Shown one piece after another: positions 1 to 9,297 of a DNA stretch of 64,000 nt. Position 1 is the stretch's first letter. Each line of letters begins with the position of its first letter. A program made the position numbers and the translations under genes. Origin of the DNA: Minisyncoccia bacterium (GTDB lineage: Bacteria; Patescibacteriota; Minisyncoccia; Phycocordibacterales; UBA918); assembly GCA_041738755.1 (NCBI GenBank), contig JBGSPE010000005.1:79872-143871 (forward strand), written 5' to 3'. The notes under the pieces are model-generated. The model did no database searches and was not told where the DNA came from. It was given only the letters and a program-made list of their open reading frames with translations.

Positions 1-3000
1 TTCACGTTGGGGTGGATATGCAGATACATTCCCAGTCGGGGGTTATACAACTGAAATCGATGTCTATCTCGACATGGCGTTAGCTGACGGTTCTGATAAA
101 GGATTTGATTTCTCTTCAGCTGTGAACAGTACCGACATCAATACTCATCGTCGAGACTTTATATTTCATCTAGAAACTAATGCCTCTAACCCAGGTACTT
201 GGTTAGTTAATGTAAGTAACAACGCCCCAGGTAATCCCTCAGCTTCAGGAGATTCTGGAGTTATTGATGAAACTGGCTGGTATACGCTCCAGGCTTATTT
301 CCATGACAATGGCTCAGGAGTGCTTGAGGTGACAATGAATGTTATCGATAGATCTACTGATTCAGTTGTCTTCACTAAGAACCGTTCAGATGCCTCAGAC
401 ATAATCGGAACTACCGTAGGAGGAAATAGATACGGCTGGTTTACTGGTCAACGGTATGAAGTTGGAGATTTGGCAATTGATAACGCTGCGTTGTACCTTG
501 GTTCTCCAGTACAACGAGACTGTGAATCTGATATTGTCGCAGATACAACAAAACCTATAGGAACGATTGATTCTCCGGAAGATAATTCAGTTGTAGGTTC
601 GAGTTTTAGTGTTAATGGTACAGCATTCGATGGTGAGAGTGGTCTAGCTGAGGTGCTTTACAGAGTAAATGAAATTGACGCAATTGGAGGTTTGTTTGTA
701 GCAAATGTAATCTCTGGTACAGCATCTGGAACCGAAACGTGGTCATATGCTGTGAATGGACTAAGTGAAGGATTTTATCGTGTTCGTGCTGAAGTCATCG
801 ATAATGCAGGAAATATCCGTTTTCTCCACCATGACGTTGAGGTAGATACTACTAAGCCAACTGTAACGATTACTTCACCGTCTAATCAAGCTGTACTAGA
901 TAACGTTCCTTTTACTGTAACGGGTACTGCAAGTGATGCAAAGACAGGTATTAAGGAAGTAAAATATACCGTAACAAATATAACGGGTATCGGAGGTACG
1001 TTTGTTGATCTAATCGCATCAAGTACTGCGACTGGTAGGGAAAATTGGTCATTTGGGGTCCCGGCACTTGAAAATGGATTCTATCGATTAAAAGTCCAAG
1101 CTTTTGATGAAGTTGGAAATTGGCGATATGAATTTCATGATATTGAAGTCAAAGGTACTCGAGCGTTCATTAGCGTGATTAATCCTGCTGATGGGTTTAT
1201 TGCATACGAAGATTTTGAAATTACCGTAAATGCAACTGATGGCTTTGGCCTTGGACAAGTCGTAATTAATCTCAAAGATGAGGATGGCGACAACTTAGCA
1301 CCATGTCTCAATGTTCAGGCTGGTGGAGTGACTGACTTCACTGCGAGTTGTACAGTTGATGTTGATTCGTTAGAGCCAGGCATTTATGGCTTTCGTACCA
1401 ATGCTCGAGATCTTGAAGGAAATATCAGTAATACGGTCTCACAAACTTTTGAGGTTCGAGAATTACCAGTAGCATCACTCACTATCACCGCACCAACTAC
1501 TGATGGTGCTACTGTTGCAGACGCTGGTATCTTTACAGCTGAGTACATCGACAACGATTTGACGGCAGATAGCTTCCAGTGGGCTATTCGAGCAGGTACC
1601 TGTGAACGAGGTCAAGGAACTATCGCTGGAAACGTTGACGGGTTCGATGATGAGTCAACTTTTGTTGGTACTACCTTCACTGCACAATTCGATGCAACTG
1701 AACTAGAAGATGGTGAATACTGTTTTGTGGTAAATCCACGTGAGCAAGCCGGTGAGCAAGATTTGCGCGCAACCCGAACGTTTGTCGTTGAAACACCGTT
1801 ACTTACTTGTGAAATTACCAGTGATACAGGTACACTTATTATTGAAAATAATGAATACGCTGTAGAAACCTACGAGCACCGAAATTGGACAGCGTTGATT
1901 CCTGGAGCAACATGGGTGTGGGAAACCTTCTACGTTGAAGACCCAACAGTGAATACTACCCGTACCTTTACTGAGACCTTTGTGGTAAATGGCATTGATA
2001 CAGCTACGCTTGATGTTGCGGCTGATAACGGCTACCAACTCTTTGTGAATGACCAGCTCGTACAAGATCGTCGATCAATCGAGAACAACTTCCAAACACA
2101 TACCCAAAAGACATTCGATATTGCTGAATTCTTAGTTGACGGTGAAAATACCTTTACTATTGAAGTAACCAATAAGGGTGTTCAAAATGCAAATGCTCTT
2201 CAAAATCCAGCAGGAGTACTTTACAAGCTTGTTGTAAGCGCAGAAACAGCGTGTGAAATTACCACAGAACCAGCTGACGATACTGCACCGACTATTACCG
2301 TAAAAGAAGGTTCTGCCGGAGGCCCAACTGAGTTTACAGAGGTAAGCTTCGCACTCTTCGATGCGGGAGATATCGATAAACTAACACTCAATGGTGTTGA
2401 AAAGGATTTAACAAACAATCCGTATTCTGACTTAAACTTTGTGACACCAGGACAGTTTGGAGCTGTGTTGGGAACAAATACACTTGTTGTATTTGACGCA
2501 ACTGGCAATAGTACTACGTTTATCTTTACGTTAATTGAAGAAACGACTGAAAATCCTGAAGGTCCAGGAGACGGTGATCCAGAAACACCAACTGAAGGAG
2601 AACCCCCAATTGAACCGCCAATAACTACACCTGGTACACCAGAACCAGAAAGTGATAATAACAGTGGTGGAAATTCATCAGGAACATTGATTCCAAGTTT
2701 AGCGCAAGCTGACTTCCAACCGCTTGTATTGGGAGCTTCGACTGGACAATGTGGCATGTTGATTACTGACTATCTCCGAATGGGAATTGAGAATGACCCA
2801 AATCAAGTTCGATGGTTGCAATTCTTCCTCTTCGGACAAGGATACTTTGATGTGACCGTAAATGGTGAATTCGACGCTGCCACTGACGCTGCTGTTCGAG
2901 CCTTTCAAGAAAAGCACCGAGCTGACATCTTGGACCCTTGGGTAACAAACGGCATCTTGACCGTGAGTAATCCAACTGGTTGGGTATACCAACTTACTCG

Positions 3001-3058
3001 GTACAAGATTAACAACATTATCTGTCCTGGAAGCGAACCAATGCCTAGTCTTATTTAA
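1..3058 (+). CDS. 5'-partial large secreted surface protein with tandem Ig-like (Big-type) domains carrying DxxGN motifs and a C-terminal PG_binding_1-like peptidoglycan-binding domain
   Basis: The reading frame is open from nt 2 with no upstream stop, so the gene continues 5' of the window. Ig-like repeats contain EGFYRVRAEVIDNAGN, NGFYRLKVQAFDEVGN and PGIYGFRTNARDLEGN. The C-terminus (VRWLQFFLFGQGYF...NGEFDAATDAAVRAFQEKH) matches the PG_binding_1 pattern. A strong terminator follows. Confidence 0.6.
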   Translation, partial: SRWGGYADTFPVGGYTTEIDVYLDMALADGSDKGFDFSSAVNSTDINTHRRDFIFHLETNASNPGTWLVNVSNNAPGNPSASGDSGVIDETGWYTLQAYFHDNGSGVLEVTMNVIDRSTDSVVFTKNRSDASDIIGTTVGGNRYGWFTGQRYEVGDLAIDNAALYLGSPVQRDCESDIVADTTKPIGTIDSPEDNSVVGSSFSVNGTAFDGESGLAEVLYRVNEIDAIGGLFVANVISGTASGTETWSYAVNGLSEGFYRVRAEVIDNAGNIRFLHHDVEVDTTKPTVTITSPSNQAVLDNVPFTVTGTASDAKTGIKEVKYTVTNITGIGGTFVDLIASSTATGRENWSFGVPALENGFYRLKVQAFDEVGNWRYEFHDIEVKGTRAFISVINPADGFIAYEDFEITVNATDGFGLGQVVINLKDEDGDNLAPCLNVQAGGVTDFTASCTVDVDSLEPGIYGFRTNARDLEGNISNTVSQTFEVRELPVASLTITAPTTDGATVADAGIFTAEYIDNDLTADSFQWAIRAGTCERGQGTIAGNVDGFDDESTFVGTTFTAQFDATELEDGEYCFVVNPREQAGEQDLRATRTFVVETPLLTCEITSDTGTLIIENNEYAVETYEHRNWTALIPGATWVWETFYVEDPTVNTTRTFTETFVVNGIDTATLDVAADNGYQLFVNDQLVQDRRSIENNFQTHTQKTFDIAEFLVDGENTFTIEVTNKGVQNANALQNPAGVLYKLVVSAETACEITTEPADDTAPTITVKEGSAGGPTEFTEVSFALFDAGDIDKLTLNGVEKDLTNNPYSDLNFVTPGQFGAVLGTNTLVVFDATGNSTTFIFTLIEETTENPEGPGDGDPETPTEGEPPIEPPITTPGTPEPESDNNSGGNSSGTLIPSLAQADFQPLVLGASTGQCGMLITDYLRMGIENDPNQVRWLQFFLFGQGYFDVTVNGEFDAATDAAVRAFQEKHRADILDPWVTNGILTVSNPTGWVYQLTRYKINNIICPGSEPMPSLI

Positions 3059-3073
3059 AGAGCAGGGAGGCCA

Positions 3074-3115
3074 GAAAGGGCTGAAACGCAGAGCGTTTCA
3101 GCCCTTTCTTAATTT
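3074..3115 (+). terminator. Intrinsic terminator with a 16-bp perfect stem (3074-3089 / 3093-3108), a 3-nt loop and a T-run
   Basis: gaaagggctgaaacgc-aga-gcgtttcagccctttc followed by ttaattttt, directly after the stop at 3058. Confidence 0.8.
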
Positions 3116-3185
3116 TTACCCTCTTTCAAGAGAGAAGATAAGTCAGCCTGAGTAAATCCATTATTTGGCAGTTCACGGCAAAAGC

Positions 3186-3215
3186 TTGACAAAATGGTAA
3201 ATTATAGCTTAAAAT
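3186..3215 (+). promoter_or_regulatory. Sigma70-like promoter: TTGACA (3186-3191), 18-bp spacer, TAAAAT (3210-3215). The ATG at 3224 makes the transcript nearly leaderless.
   Basis: Read directly from the sequence; the -10 element ends 8 nt before the ATG at 3224. Confidence 0.4.
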
Positions 3216-3223
3216 AGCGATAT

Positions 3224-4354
3224 ATGAATCCTACCGTACCCCGAGAAAAAGCTCTCGACTTGTTACAAAAGGTATCACTCACCCTCATGTCTGTTTTGGT
3301 GCTTATTACCTTTGTGGCAGCAAATCTTCAAGCTGCCTTGTGGCAATCTTCACAATGGCTCGTTTCGACCGTGCTTCCAGCGGTAGTCGTTGAACTGACA
3401 AATGAGGAGCGAGGTGAAAATAACGTTGGACCCCTTAAACGAAATGCTACGCTTGATGCTGCAGCAAAGCTCAAAGCTGAGCACATGGCCAAAAACCAAT
3501 ACTTTGCACACTTTGCCCCAGATGGTACTACACCATGGTTTTGGTTTAAACAGGCTGGATATACCTATGCGCACGCAGGAGAAAATCTAGCGATTCACTT
3601 TACCGACTCGTCCGAGGTCGTTGATGCTTGGATGAATTCTCCGACGCACCGCGAGAACATCGTGAATGGAAAATATACTGAGATTGGTGTAGGTACCGCC
3701 AAAGGTAAATTTGATGGGTACAATACCGTGTATGTCGTACAGTTGTTTGGTACACCGGCTGTAGCACCGACGCCAACACGAGTGGTTACTCCAGCTCCAG
3801 CGACTCCAGCCCCACAAGTCGCGATTGCTACGCCTCCACCGGCTGAAGTGACACCAGTGCCTGAAGAAGAATCAGTCCTGGCGGCAGAGACACCAACTCC
3901 AACTCCTCCGGCTCGGGAAGTTGAAGCTGAAGAAGAGGGTGTTGCAGTAGCTGAAGCTGCACCAACCAGTGCACCGACAACCACCGTTTCAAGTACGCCG
4001 GTAGCTGCACCAATAGCTCCTCCAGAGCGACCGATTGTTACTGAGGATACGTTGGTATTAGAAAGCAGTATGATTGCGACTTCTTCGGGATTAGCAGTTG
4101 CGTCTGTGACTGAAACACTTGAAACAGCAACTGCTGGGACACTTTCAGGTCTCGCTACGAAGCCAAATGCTGTCCTGCAGATAACCTATACAATTCTCGG
4201 ATCTGTCGTCGTTTTACTCCTTGTAGCCTCTATCGCCTTAGAAGTACGACGTAAGCATATTCCACAGGTAATTTATGGTGGAGGCTTACTCATAGTGATG
4301 CTTGGTCTGTGGTTCTTCCACTCGTATATTACCGCCGGAGCGGTTATTATGTAG
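3224..4354 (+). CDS. Secreted CAP/SCP (YkwD-like) domain protein with a Pro/Thr/Ala-rich linker and a C-terminal TM anchor
   Basis: N-terminal signal anchor. CAP-domain motifs are AEHMAKNQYFAH, ENLA and WMNSPTHRENI. A PT-rich region (TPAPATPAPQVAIATPPPAEVTPVPEE) and a C-terminal hydrophobic segment follow. Confidence 0.7.
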   Translation: MNPTVPREKALDLLQKVSLTLMSVLVLITFVAANLQAALWQSSQWLVSTVLPAVVVELTNEERGENNVGPLKRNATLDAAAKLKAEHMAKNQYFAHFAPDGTTPWFWFKQAGYTYAHAGENLAIHFTDSSEVVDAWMNSPTHRENIVNGKYTEIGVGTAKGKFDGYNTVYVVQLFGTPAVAPTPTRVVTPAPATPAPQVAIATPPPAEVTPVPEEESVLAAETPTPTPPAREVEAEEEGVAVAEAAPTSAPTTTVSSTPVAAPIAPPERPIVTEDTLVLESSMIATSSGLAVASVTETLETATAGTLSGLATKPNAVLQITYTILGSVVVLLLVASIALEVRRKHIPQVIYGGGLLIVMLGLWFFHSYITAGAVIM

Positions 4355-4358
4355 TGAC

Positions 4359-4787
4359 ATGAAAGTCACCCATATTAGTCCGGTAAAAATCACCACAGCG
4401 CTTGAAGCACCTCTATATAGCTCACAACCAGCGGCTGGTTTTCCGGCCCCTGGTGATGACTTGGTTGAACGACCACTTGATTTGAATGATTTACTAATCG
4501 AGAACCCAACTGCTACGTTTTTTGTCCGGGTGAGTGGCGACTCGATGGAGGGTGCGAAGATTTTTGCTGGCGATATTCTGGTGGTTGATAGGGGATTGAC
4601 ACCAAGCTCAGGTAGTATTGTAGTGGCTGCGGTCTATGGTGAATTAGTCGTTAAGCGACTGCAAAAAACCAATAAAGGAATGGTCTTAGCTTCAGAGAAC
4701 CCTGACTATGAACCGATTATCGTCAATGAAGCGGAAGATTGTTACATTTGGGGCGTAGTAACAGGCAGTGCTCGTATTTTCACGTAA
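4359..4787 (+). CDS. umuD: UmuD-like S24 LexA-family self-cleaving peptidase (mutagenesis accessory protein). The start is taken at ATG 4359 rather than the ORF-track 4302.
   Basis: Contains an Ala-Gly cleavage site (QPAAGFPAPGDD), the GDSMEG serine motif and VVKRL lysine typical of the S24 catalytic dyad. It is too short for a LexA HTH. It lies upstream of a umuC homolog. Confidence 0.7.
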   Translation: MKVTHISPVKITTALEAPLYSSQPAAGFPAPGDDLVERPLDLNDLLIENPTATFFVRVSGDSMEGAKIFAGDILVVDRGLTPSSGSIVVAAVYGELVVKRLQKTNKGMVLASENPDYEPIIVNEAEDCYIWGVVTGSARIFT

Positions 4788-4817
4788 GATACATAGGACT
4801 TAATCGTCATAAAAACT

Positions 4818-5996
4818 ATGAAAACTATTAAAAATATTACTGCCGCTCTAGCGTTTGGTGCTTGTTTCCTTACTGCACCAGCTGGAGCTTTTGCGATGGA
4901 GGTTGGGGTCTGGGTACCCTGGTTTGGAGCCGAAGCAGGAGCTGAAAGTGCTACCGAAAACATTGAAAGTATTGATGTGGTATACCCCTTTGTATACGAA
5001 ATTGACGCCAGTGGACGTTTAATTAATAAGGTAAATTTTAATACACCTCACTGGCAGGAGTTATTTGAAGCAGCCGAAGATGAAGATGTGCTCGTTATTC
5101 CAACGATTGCTTGGTTTGACGGCCCACAAATTGATAGCCTCCTTAGCGATACTAGCAAACGCAAAGCTCATATCAATGAGATTGTAAAAATGGTTAATGA
5201 TAATGATTTCGATGGAGTCAATATCGACTACGAGACAAAACTAGCCAAGACGAAGGATAATTTTTCACTCTTTTTGAAAGAGTTAAATCGAGCATTGAGG
5301 CGGAAAACCCTCACCTGTGCCATTGAAGCAAGAACCCCACCAGAATCACTCTACCGAAATGTCCCGGCGAATCTTCAATATGCCAATGACTACAAGGCTA
5401 TCAATCGGTACTGTGACTGGGTAGAAATCATGGCCTATGACCAGCAACGAGCTGATATCAAACTTAATGATGAACGCCGCGGTGTACCATATAATCCGGT
5501 AGCTGATAAAGATTGGGTAGAAAAGGTTATCAAAGAAGCTATCAAGGATATTGACGAAGACAAGATTCTCCTTGGCGTACCAACCTATGGTCGTGCCTGG
5601 GACATTACGGTAGCTTCAGAGTGGTACAAAGACTATACGCGAGTCGCATCCCTCAACCAGCCACGAATTCTTGAATTATCTGAAATCTACGACTCACCAA
5701 TTGGTCGAACTGCAGGTGGGGAAGCGGTAATCAGTTATTTCCCTGAAGATTCGCCATGGAAAATTTTCAATCAATTACCAACACCAAAGGATACCCCGAA
5801 GGGCTATGAAGCTGCCGCTAAGGCACTTCTTGTCGCCACTATTGCTGATATTGAGCTACCGGTGCGGTTTGTAACCTGGAGCGATAGTGAAGCCGCTGAG
5901 GATAAGTTTGACCTGATTGAAAAGTATGACCTTCGTGGTACCGCTATCTTCAAGATTGACGGTGAAGAAGATCAGGATATTTGGAACCTATTGTAA
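4818..5996 (+). CDS. Secreted GH18-like glycoside hydrolase (chitinase/peptidoglycan-hydrolase-like)
   Basis: Signal peptide present. FDGVNIDYE resembles the GH18 DGxDxDWE catalytic motif (D to N variant) with the glutamate conserved. Confidence 0.5.
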   Translation: MKTIKNITAALAFGACFLTAPAGAFAMEVGVWVPWFGAEAGAESATENIESIDVVYPFVYEIDASGRLINKVNFNTPHWQELFEAAEDEDVLVIPTIAWFDGPQIDSLLSDTSKRKAHINEIVKMVNDNDFDGVNIDYETKLAKTKDNFSLFLKELNRALRRKTLTCAIEARTPPESLYRNVPANLQYANDYKAINRYCDWVEIMAYDQQRADIKLNDERRGVPYNPVADKDWVEKVIKEAIKDIDEDKILLGVPTYGRAWDITVASEWYKDYTRVASLNQPRILELSEIYDSPIGRTAGGEAVISYFPEDSPWKIFNQLPTPKDTPKGYEAAAKALLVATIADIELPVRFVTWSDSEAAEDKFDLIEKYDLRGTAIFKIDGEEDQDIWNLL

Positions 5997-6530
5997 TTTT
6001 TCCTTCAGTATCTCACCTAAAAAGTACGTCTCGAGTTCCTCGTAGACGTGCTTTTTGTATGTATCAGCTGCCGTAATAGCTTCAGTGAACGAAACAAATC
6101 GATAGTCTGAAGCCTCAACTTCGGTAGCATTCTTTAAATTTATAACCGAGTCTGGGGCAAGCTCAAGGAAATACCAACGATGGGCTTGGCCTAATCGAGG
6201 TTTGGTGGCGTCATCTACCGTATTGGTATCTTGGTAGACGGTCCATTTCGGATAGAGTGTAGTCGATGTAAAATCACGTTTCTCTAGTCCATTTTCTTCT
6301 TTGAGTTCTCGCCAGAGAGTCGTTTCAATATCTTCACCAAGGTCGATGCCACCTTGTTGAAATTGCCACACGCCGATGGGGTTTGTTGCTCGCTCAAACA
6401 GAGCTACCTCGCCAGCTTGGTTATAAATGACGGTCCCGACGCCGGCTCGAAAAAAACGGGTACTCACTGTCGTTGGCATAGGCCAGTACCATAGCATATT
6501 TATTGGTATACTTACTATGATATGAAGCAC
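5988..6530 (-). CDS. NUDIX hydrolase. The true start is probably an internal Met near 6497 or 6479.
   Basis: Nudix box GGIDLGEDIETTLWRELKEENGL matches GX5EX7REUXEEXGU. It is the only convincing minus-strand gene in the window. It converges on the GH18 gene and its annotated start would overlap umuC. Confidence 0.7.
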   Translation of the reverse strand: MLHIIVSIPINMLWYWPMPTTVSTRFFRAGVGTVIYNQAGEVALFERATNPIGVWQFQQGGIDLGEDIETTLWRELKEENGLEKRDFTSTTLYPKWTVYQDTNTVDDATKPRLGQAHRWYFLELAPDSVINLKNATEVEASDYRFVSFTEAITAADTYKKHVYEELETYFLGEILKEKLQ

Positions 6531-7778
6531 GATTGGATTGGAGTACTCGATTGTAATAATTTCTTTGTTTCATGCGAACGGCTGTTTCGACCTGACTTAA
6601 AAGGGAAGCCGGTGATTGTTCTCTCATCAAATGATGGTTGTATCGTGGCCCGCTCACAGGAGATAAAGGACAATAATATTCCCATGGGTGTCCCATATTT
6701 TCAGGTAAAGGACAATCTTACAGCCTTAAAGACAACATGTTTTTCTTCTAACCTCACACTCTACCGAGATATCTCAAGACGTGTCTTTGAGGCCATGAGA
6801 GAGGAGTTATCTATAATTGAAGAGTATTCAATTGATGAAGCTTTCTTTACGTTGAAAATGTTGACCGAGGAAGAAGTAACCTCGGTCGCCCAGATGTTAA
6901 AAGACAAAGTAGAGCAACGCATCGGTATTCCAGTTTCCATTGGTCTTGGTCCTTCAAAGACAATTGCAAAGTATGCCAATGACCGGGCCAAAAAGACAAC
7001 TGGAGTCGCTGTGTTCAATAAACTCACCTGGCTTAAAACTGCTCCTAACATTCAGCTTGGAGCTATTTGGGGAGTGGGGCTCAAAACGTCCCATCGCTTC
7101 CGCGACCACCAGTTATTTTCTGTTGCAGACTTTCTTGCCGTTGATAGTAGTCGGTGCCAAGCATTGTTCGGAGTGATGGGTATGCGTCTGCGTACTGAAT
7201 TAAGTGGCAATCCAGTTTTGGATACTATGAGTTCTACACCACAAAAAAGCATTGTCAGCTCTCGGTCCTTCAGAGCTTCTTCAAGTGATAAGTCTATTCT
7301 CAAAGACGCTCTGTCGTACCATGTGTCAGAAATTGCCGCTGAGTTACGGACTTTACGACAAAAGGCTGGTTATATAAGAATATTCATATTGCCTAGCAGA
7401 CACGGGGATTTTGTTCTACACGGCGCTTCAGCTGAAGCGGTGTTGGATGTGCCCCTGCAGGATACGTTAGCCTTGCTTCAGGTTGCACATCGGTTGCTTG
7501 AAACTATTTTTAAAGATGATGTACCGTACCAAAAGGTGGGTGTAGCTGTTGGTTCGTTTGTACCAGAAACGGTTGAGCAATTGGATCTGTTTGCGACACC
7601 TACGGTATCGTCTACCAAGGCCTTAATGAACGTGGTTGATACCCTTAATCGTTTGTTTGGGCACGAAACAATTAAGCTTGGGAGTCATTTGCGCGGTGGG
7701 GAATGGAGAGCAAAAGCTGAGTTACGGTCACCAGCATATACCACCAAGTGGAGTGACCTTCAGATAGTAAAAGCGTAA
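6522..7778 (+). CDS. umuC: Y-family error-prone DNA polymerase, UmuC-like
   Basis: The N-terminus VLDCNNFFVSCERLFRPDLKGKPVIVLSSNDGCIVARS and C-terminus SPAYTTKWSDLQIVKA closely parallel E. coli UmuC (VFRPDLWGKPVVVLSNNDGCVIAR ... SPRYTTRSSDLLRVK). Confidence 0.85.
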   Translation: MKHDWIGVLDCNNFFVSCERLFRPDLKGKPVIVLSSNDGCIVARSQEIKDNNIPMGVPYFQVKDNLTALKTTCFSSNLTLYRDISRRVFEAMREELSIIEEYSIDEAFFTLKMLTEEEVTSVAQMLKDKVEQRIGIPVSIGLGPSKTIAKYANDRAKKTTGVAVFNKLTWLKTAPNIQLGAIWGVGLKTSHRFRDHQLFSVADFLAVDSSRCQALFGVMGMRLRTELSGNPVLDTMSSTPQKSIVSSRSFRASSSDKSILKDALSYHVSEIAAELRTLRQKAGYIRIFILPSRHGDFVLHGASAEAVLDVPLQDTLALLQVAHRLLETIFKDDVPYQKVGVAVGSFVPETVEQLDLFATPTVSSTKALMNVVDTLNRLFGHETIKLGSHLRGGEWRAKAELRSPAYTTKWSDLQIVKA

Positions 7779-8095
7779 AGAGTCACACTGTAACCGACAT
7801 TTGTATTTTATAAAACGTTAGAGTCATGTCTTACATTTTGCATAATAAACCATGTATACATGAATAAAAGTAAGGAACAAAAGTCAGAGCAAAAAGGTTA
7901 TCAACAGCAGTTCTCGGACAGTTTGTCAAAGACGCAGTAAAATGTACACAGAGCGGTTGAAGGATATAAAACTTTTAGGCTGAGCCTTTTCACAAAAAAG
8001 TACTATATCTCTCCACAGAAACTTCAGCCGCAATGCTTCACCGAGTATTCACTCACCGAAGTAGAATTAGTTATTTAATAAATAATCCATAAAAC

Positions 8096-9172
8096 ATGTT
8101 CGCAAATCCAACAAATGTTGGCATTTCGCAACGGGTGGTCGCGACACTTGTTGCATGTGCTGTGGTACTTTCCTCAATCGGAATGTACGCAACTGCACAA
8201 GCAGCTAACTTAACAGAAATTAGCAATACCTTGTCTGACTCTAACCTTAGTGTCGCTTCATCACATACGATTGCATTTACCATTCCAACTGGTTCAACGC
8301 TTGTGGGAACACAAGATGTTGCTATCACATTCCCGTCAGGATTTACTGGCATCGCTGCTAACGTAGTGAGCGGGGACGTGACAGTGACAGTTGATGGAAC
8401 TCCAGACGCAGTCGGTACTTTCAGTGCCGTCGGTCAAGTCATTACGTTTGACGGAGTTGCAGCTACCGCTGGCCAGGAAGTAATCGTCGCGATTGCAGAT
8501 GGAAATATTACTAACCCAGGTACTGCTGGTTCCTACGAATTTGTAGTGACAACCGAAGCTGCTGATACTGGTAGAACTCGAGTTGCTATCATCGACGACG
8601 TGTTGGTGACAGCAATCGTTAACACTACCTTTGACTTCACCATCACCGGTCTCGCTACTTCAACTGCAGTCAATGGTACATCTACCACTGGTTCTACTTC
8701 GCCAACAGCAATTCCTTTCGGAACATTGGTGGCTAACCAAATCAAGACACTTGCGCAACGTCTCAATGTATCAACAAACGCCCGAAACGGCTTCGTGGTT
8801 ACCGTTGAGCAAGACAGTGACTTGCAATCAGCTACAGGTGCTGTTATCGATAGTTTCACAAACGGAACCTACGTTAACACTCCAGTTTCTTGGGCTGCTC
8901 CAACCAATAACGTGAACTTAGAAAACACGTGGGGTCACTGGGGTCTTACCTCAGCTGACGCAGACTTAAACGGTGACGAATTCGGTTCAGCCCTCTTCGT
9001 GGCTGCAAGTACTACTCCTCGAGAAGTATTTTCACACGATGGTCCATCTGACGGTACAACCGCTAATATCGGTGAAACCCAAGTTGGTTACCAGATTCAA
9101 ATCACGCCACTTCAAGAAGCGGCTGATGACTACAACACGACCTTGACCTACATCGCAACTCCTACCTTCTAA
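8096..9172 (+). CDS. Secreted surface protein with a shared N-terminal head domain and a WxL-like C-terminal domain (family A)
   Basis: Signal peptide present. The N-terminal pattern SD.LSDS...HTI.F...G..I.ITFP.GF is shared with the products of 10864 and 46865. The C-terminal region carries FGTL, GHWGL (a W-x-L) and a terminal YNTTLTYIATPTF, resembling the WxL domain (G-W-x-L ... L-T-W-T-L-x-x-P). Confidence 0.55.
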   Translation: MFANPTNVGISQRVVATLVACAVVLSSIGMYATAQAANLTEISNTLSDSNLSVASSHTIAFTIPTGSTLVGTQDVAITFPSGFTGIAANVVSGDVTVTVDGTPDAVGTFSAVGQVITFDGVAATAGQEVIVAIADGNITNPGTAGSYEFVVTTEAADTGRTRVAIIDDVLVTAIVNTTFDFTITGLATSTAVNGTSTTGSTSPTAIPFGTLVANQIKTLAQRLNVSTNARNGFVVTVEQDSDLQSATGAVIDSFTNGTYVNTPVSWAAPTNNVNLENTWGHWGLTSADADLNGDEFGSALFVAASTTPREVFSHDGPSDGTTANIGETQVGYQIQITPLQEAADDYNTTLTYIATPTF

Positions 9173-9185
9173 GGTATCGAGTAAG

Positions 9186-9226
9186 AACACAAAACTCGTA
9201 CATATTATATGTACGAGTTTTGTGTT
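9186..9226 (+). terminator. 20-bp perfect inverted repeat (hairpin) downstream of gene 8096-9172; likely a bidirectional terminator
   Basis: aacacaaaactcgtacatat / atatgtacgagttttgtgtt with a 1-nt centre; a U-rich sequence follows. Confidence 0.6.
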
Positions 9227-9297
9227 ATGTGTATACCCTACACCGGTGAACAATTCTTCAGTGGTATACTAGCCCTATTACACGTTATTGCTTATTT

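Noticed and set aside
4354-4369. The GTGAC-N6-GTCAC palindrome as a LexA/SOS box.
   Set aside because: It matches no known LexA consensus, and a single occurrence cannot be validated from this window. It is kept only as a remark within the umuDC finding.
6440-6521. A divergent promoter for umuC inside the NUDIX 5' region (tatact/tatgat just upstream of the ATG).
   Set aside because: The candidate -10 elements lack a convincing -35 element and overlap coding sequence, so no promoter is called.
7779-8095. A search for tRNA or small RNA in the AT-rich 317-bp spacer after umuC.
   Set aside because: No GTTCGAATC-type T-loop or acceptor-stem pairing was found. Only a short aggc-tga-gcct hairpin plus T-run (about 7975-7990) is present, which is likely a weak terminator, and an AT-rich promoter region lies ahead of gene 8096.
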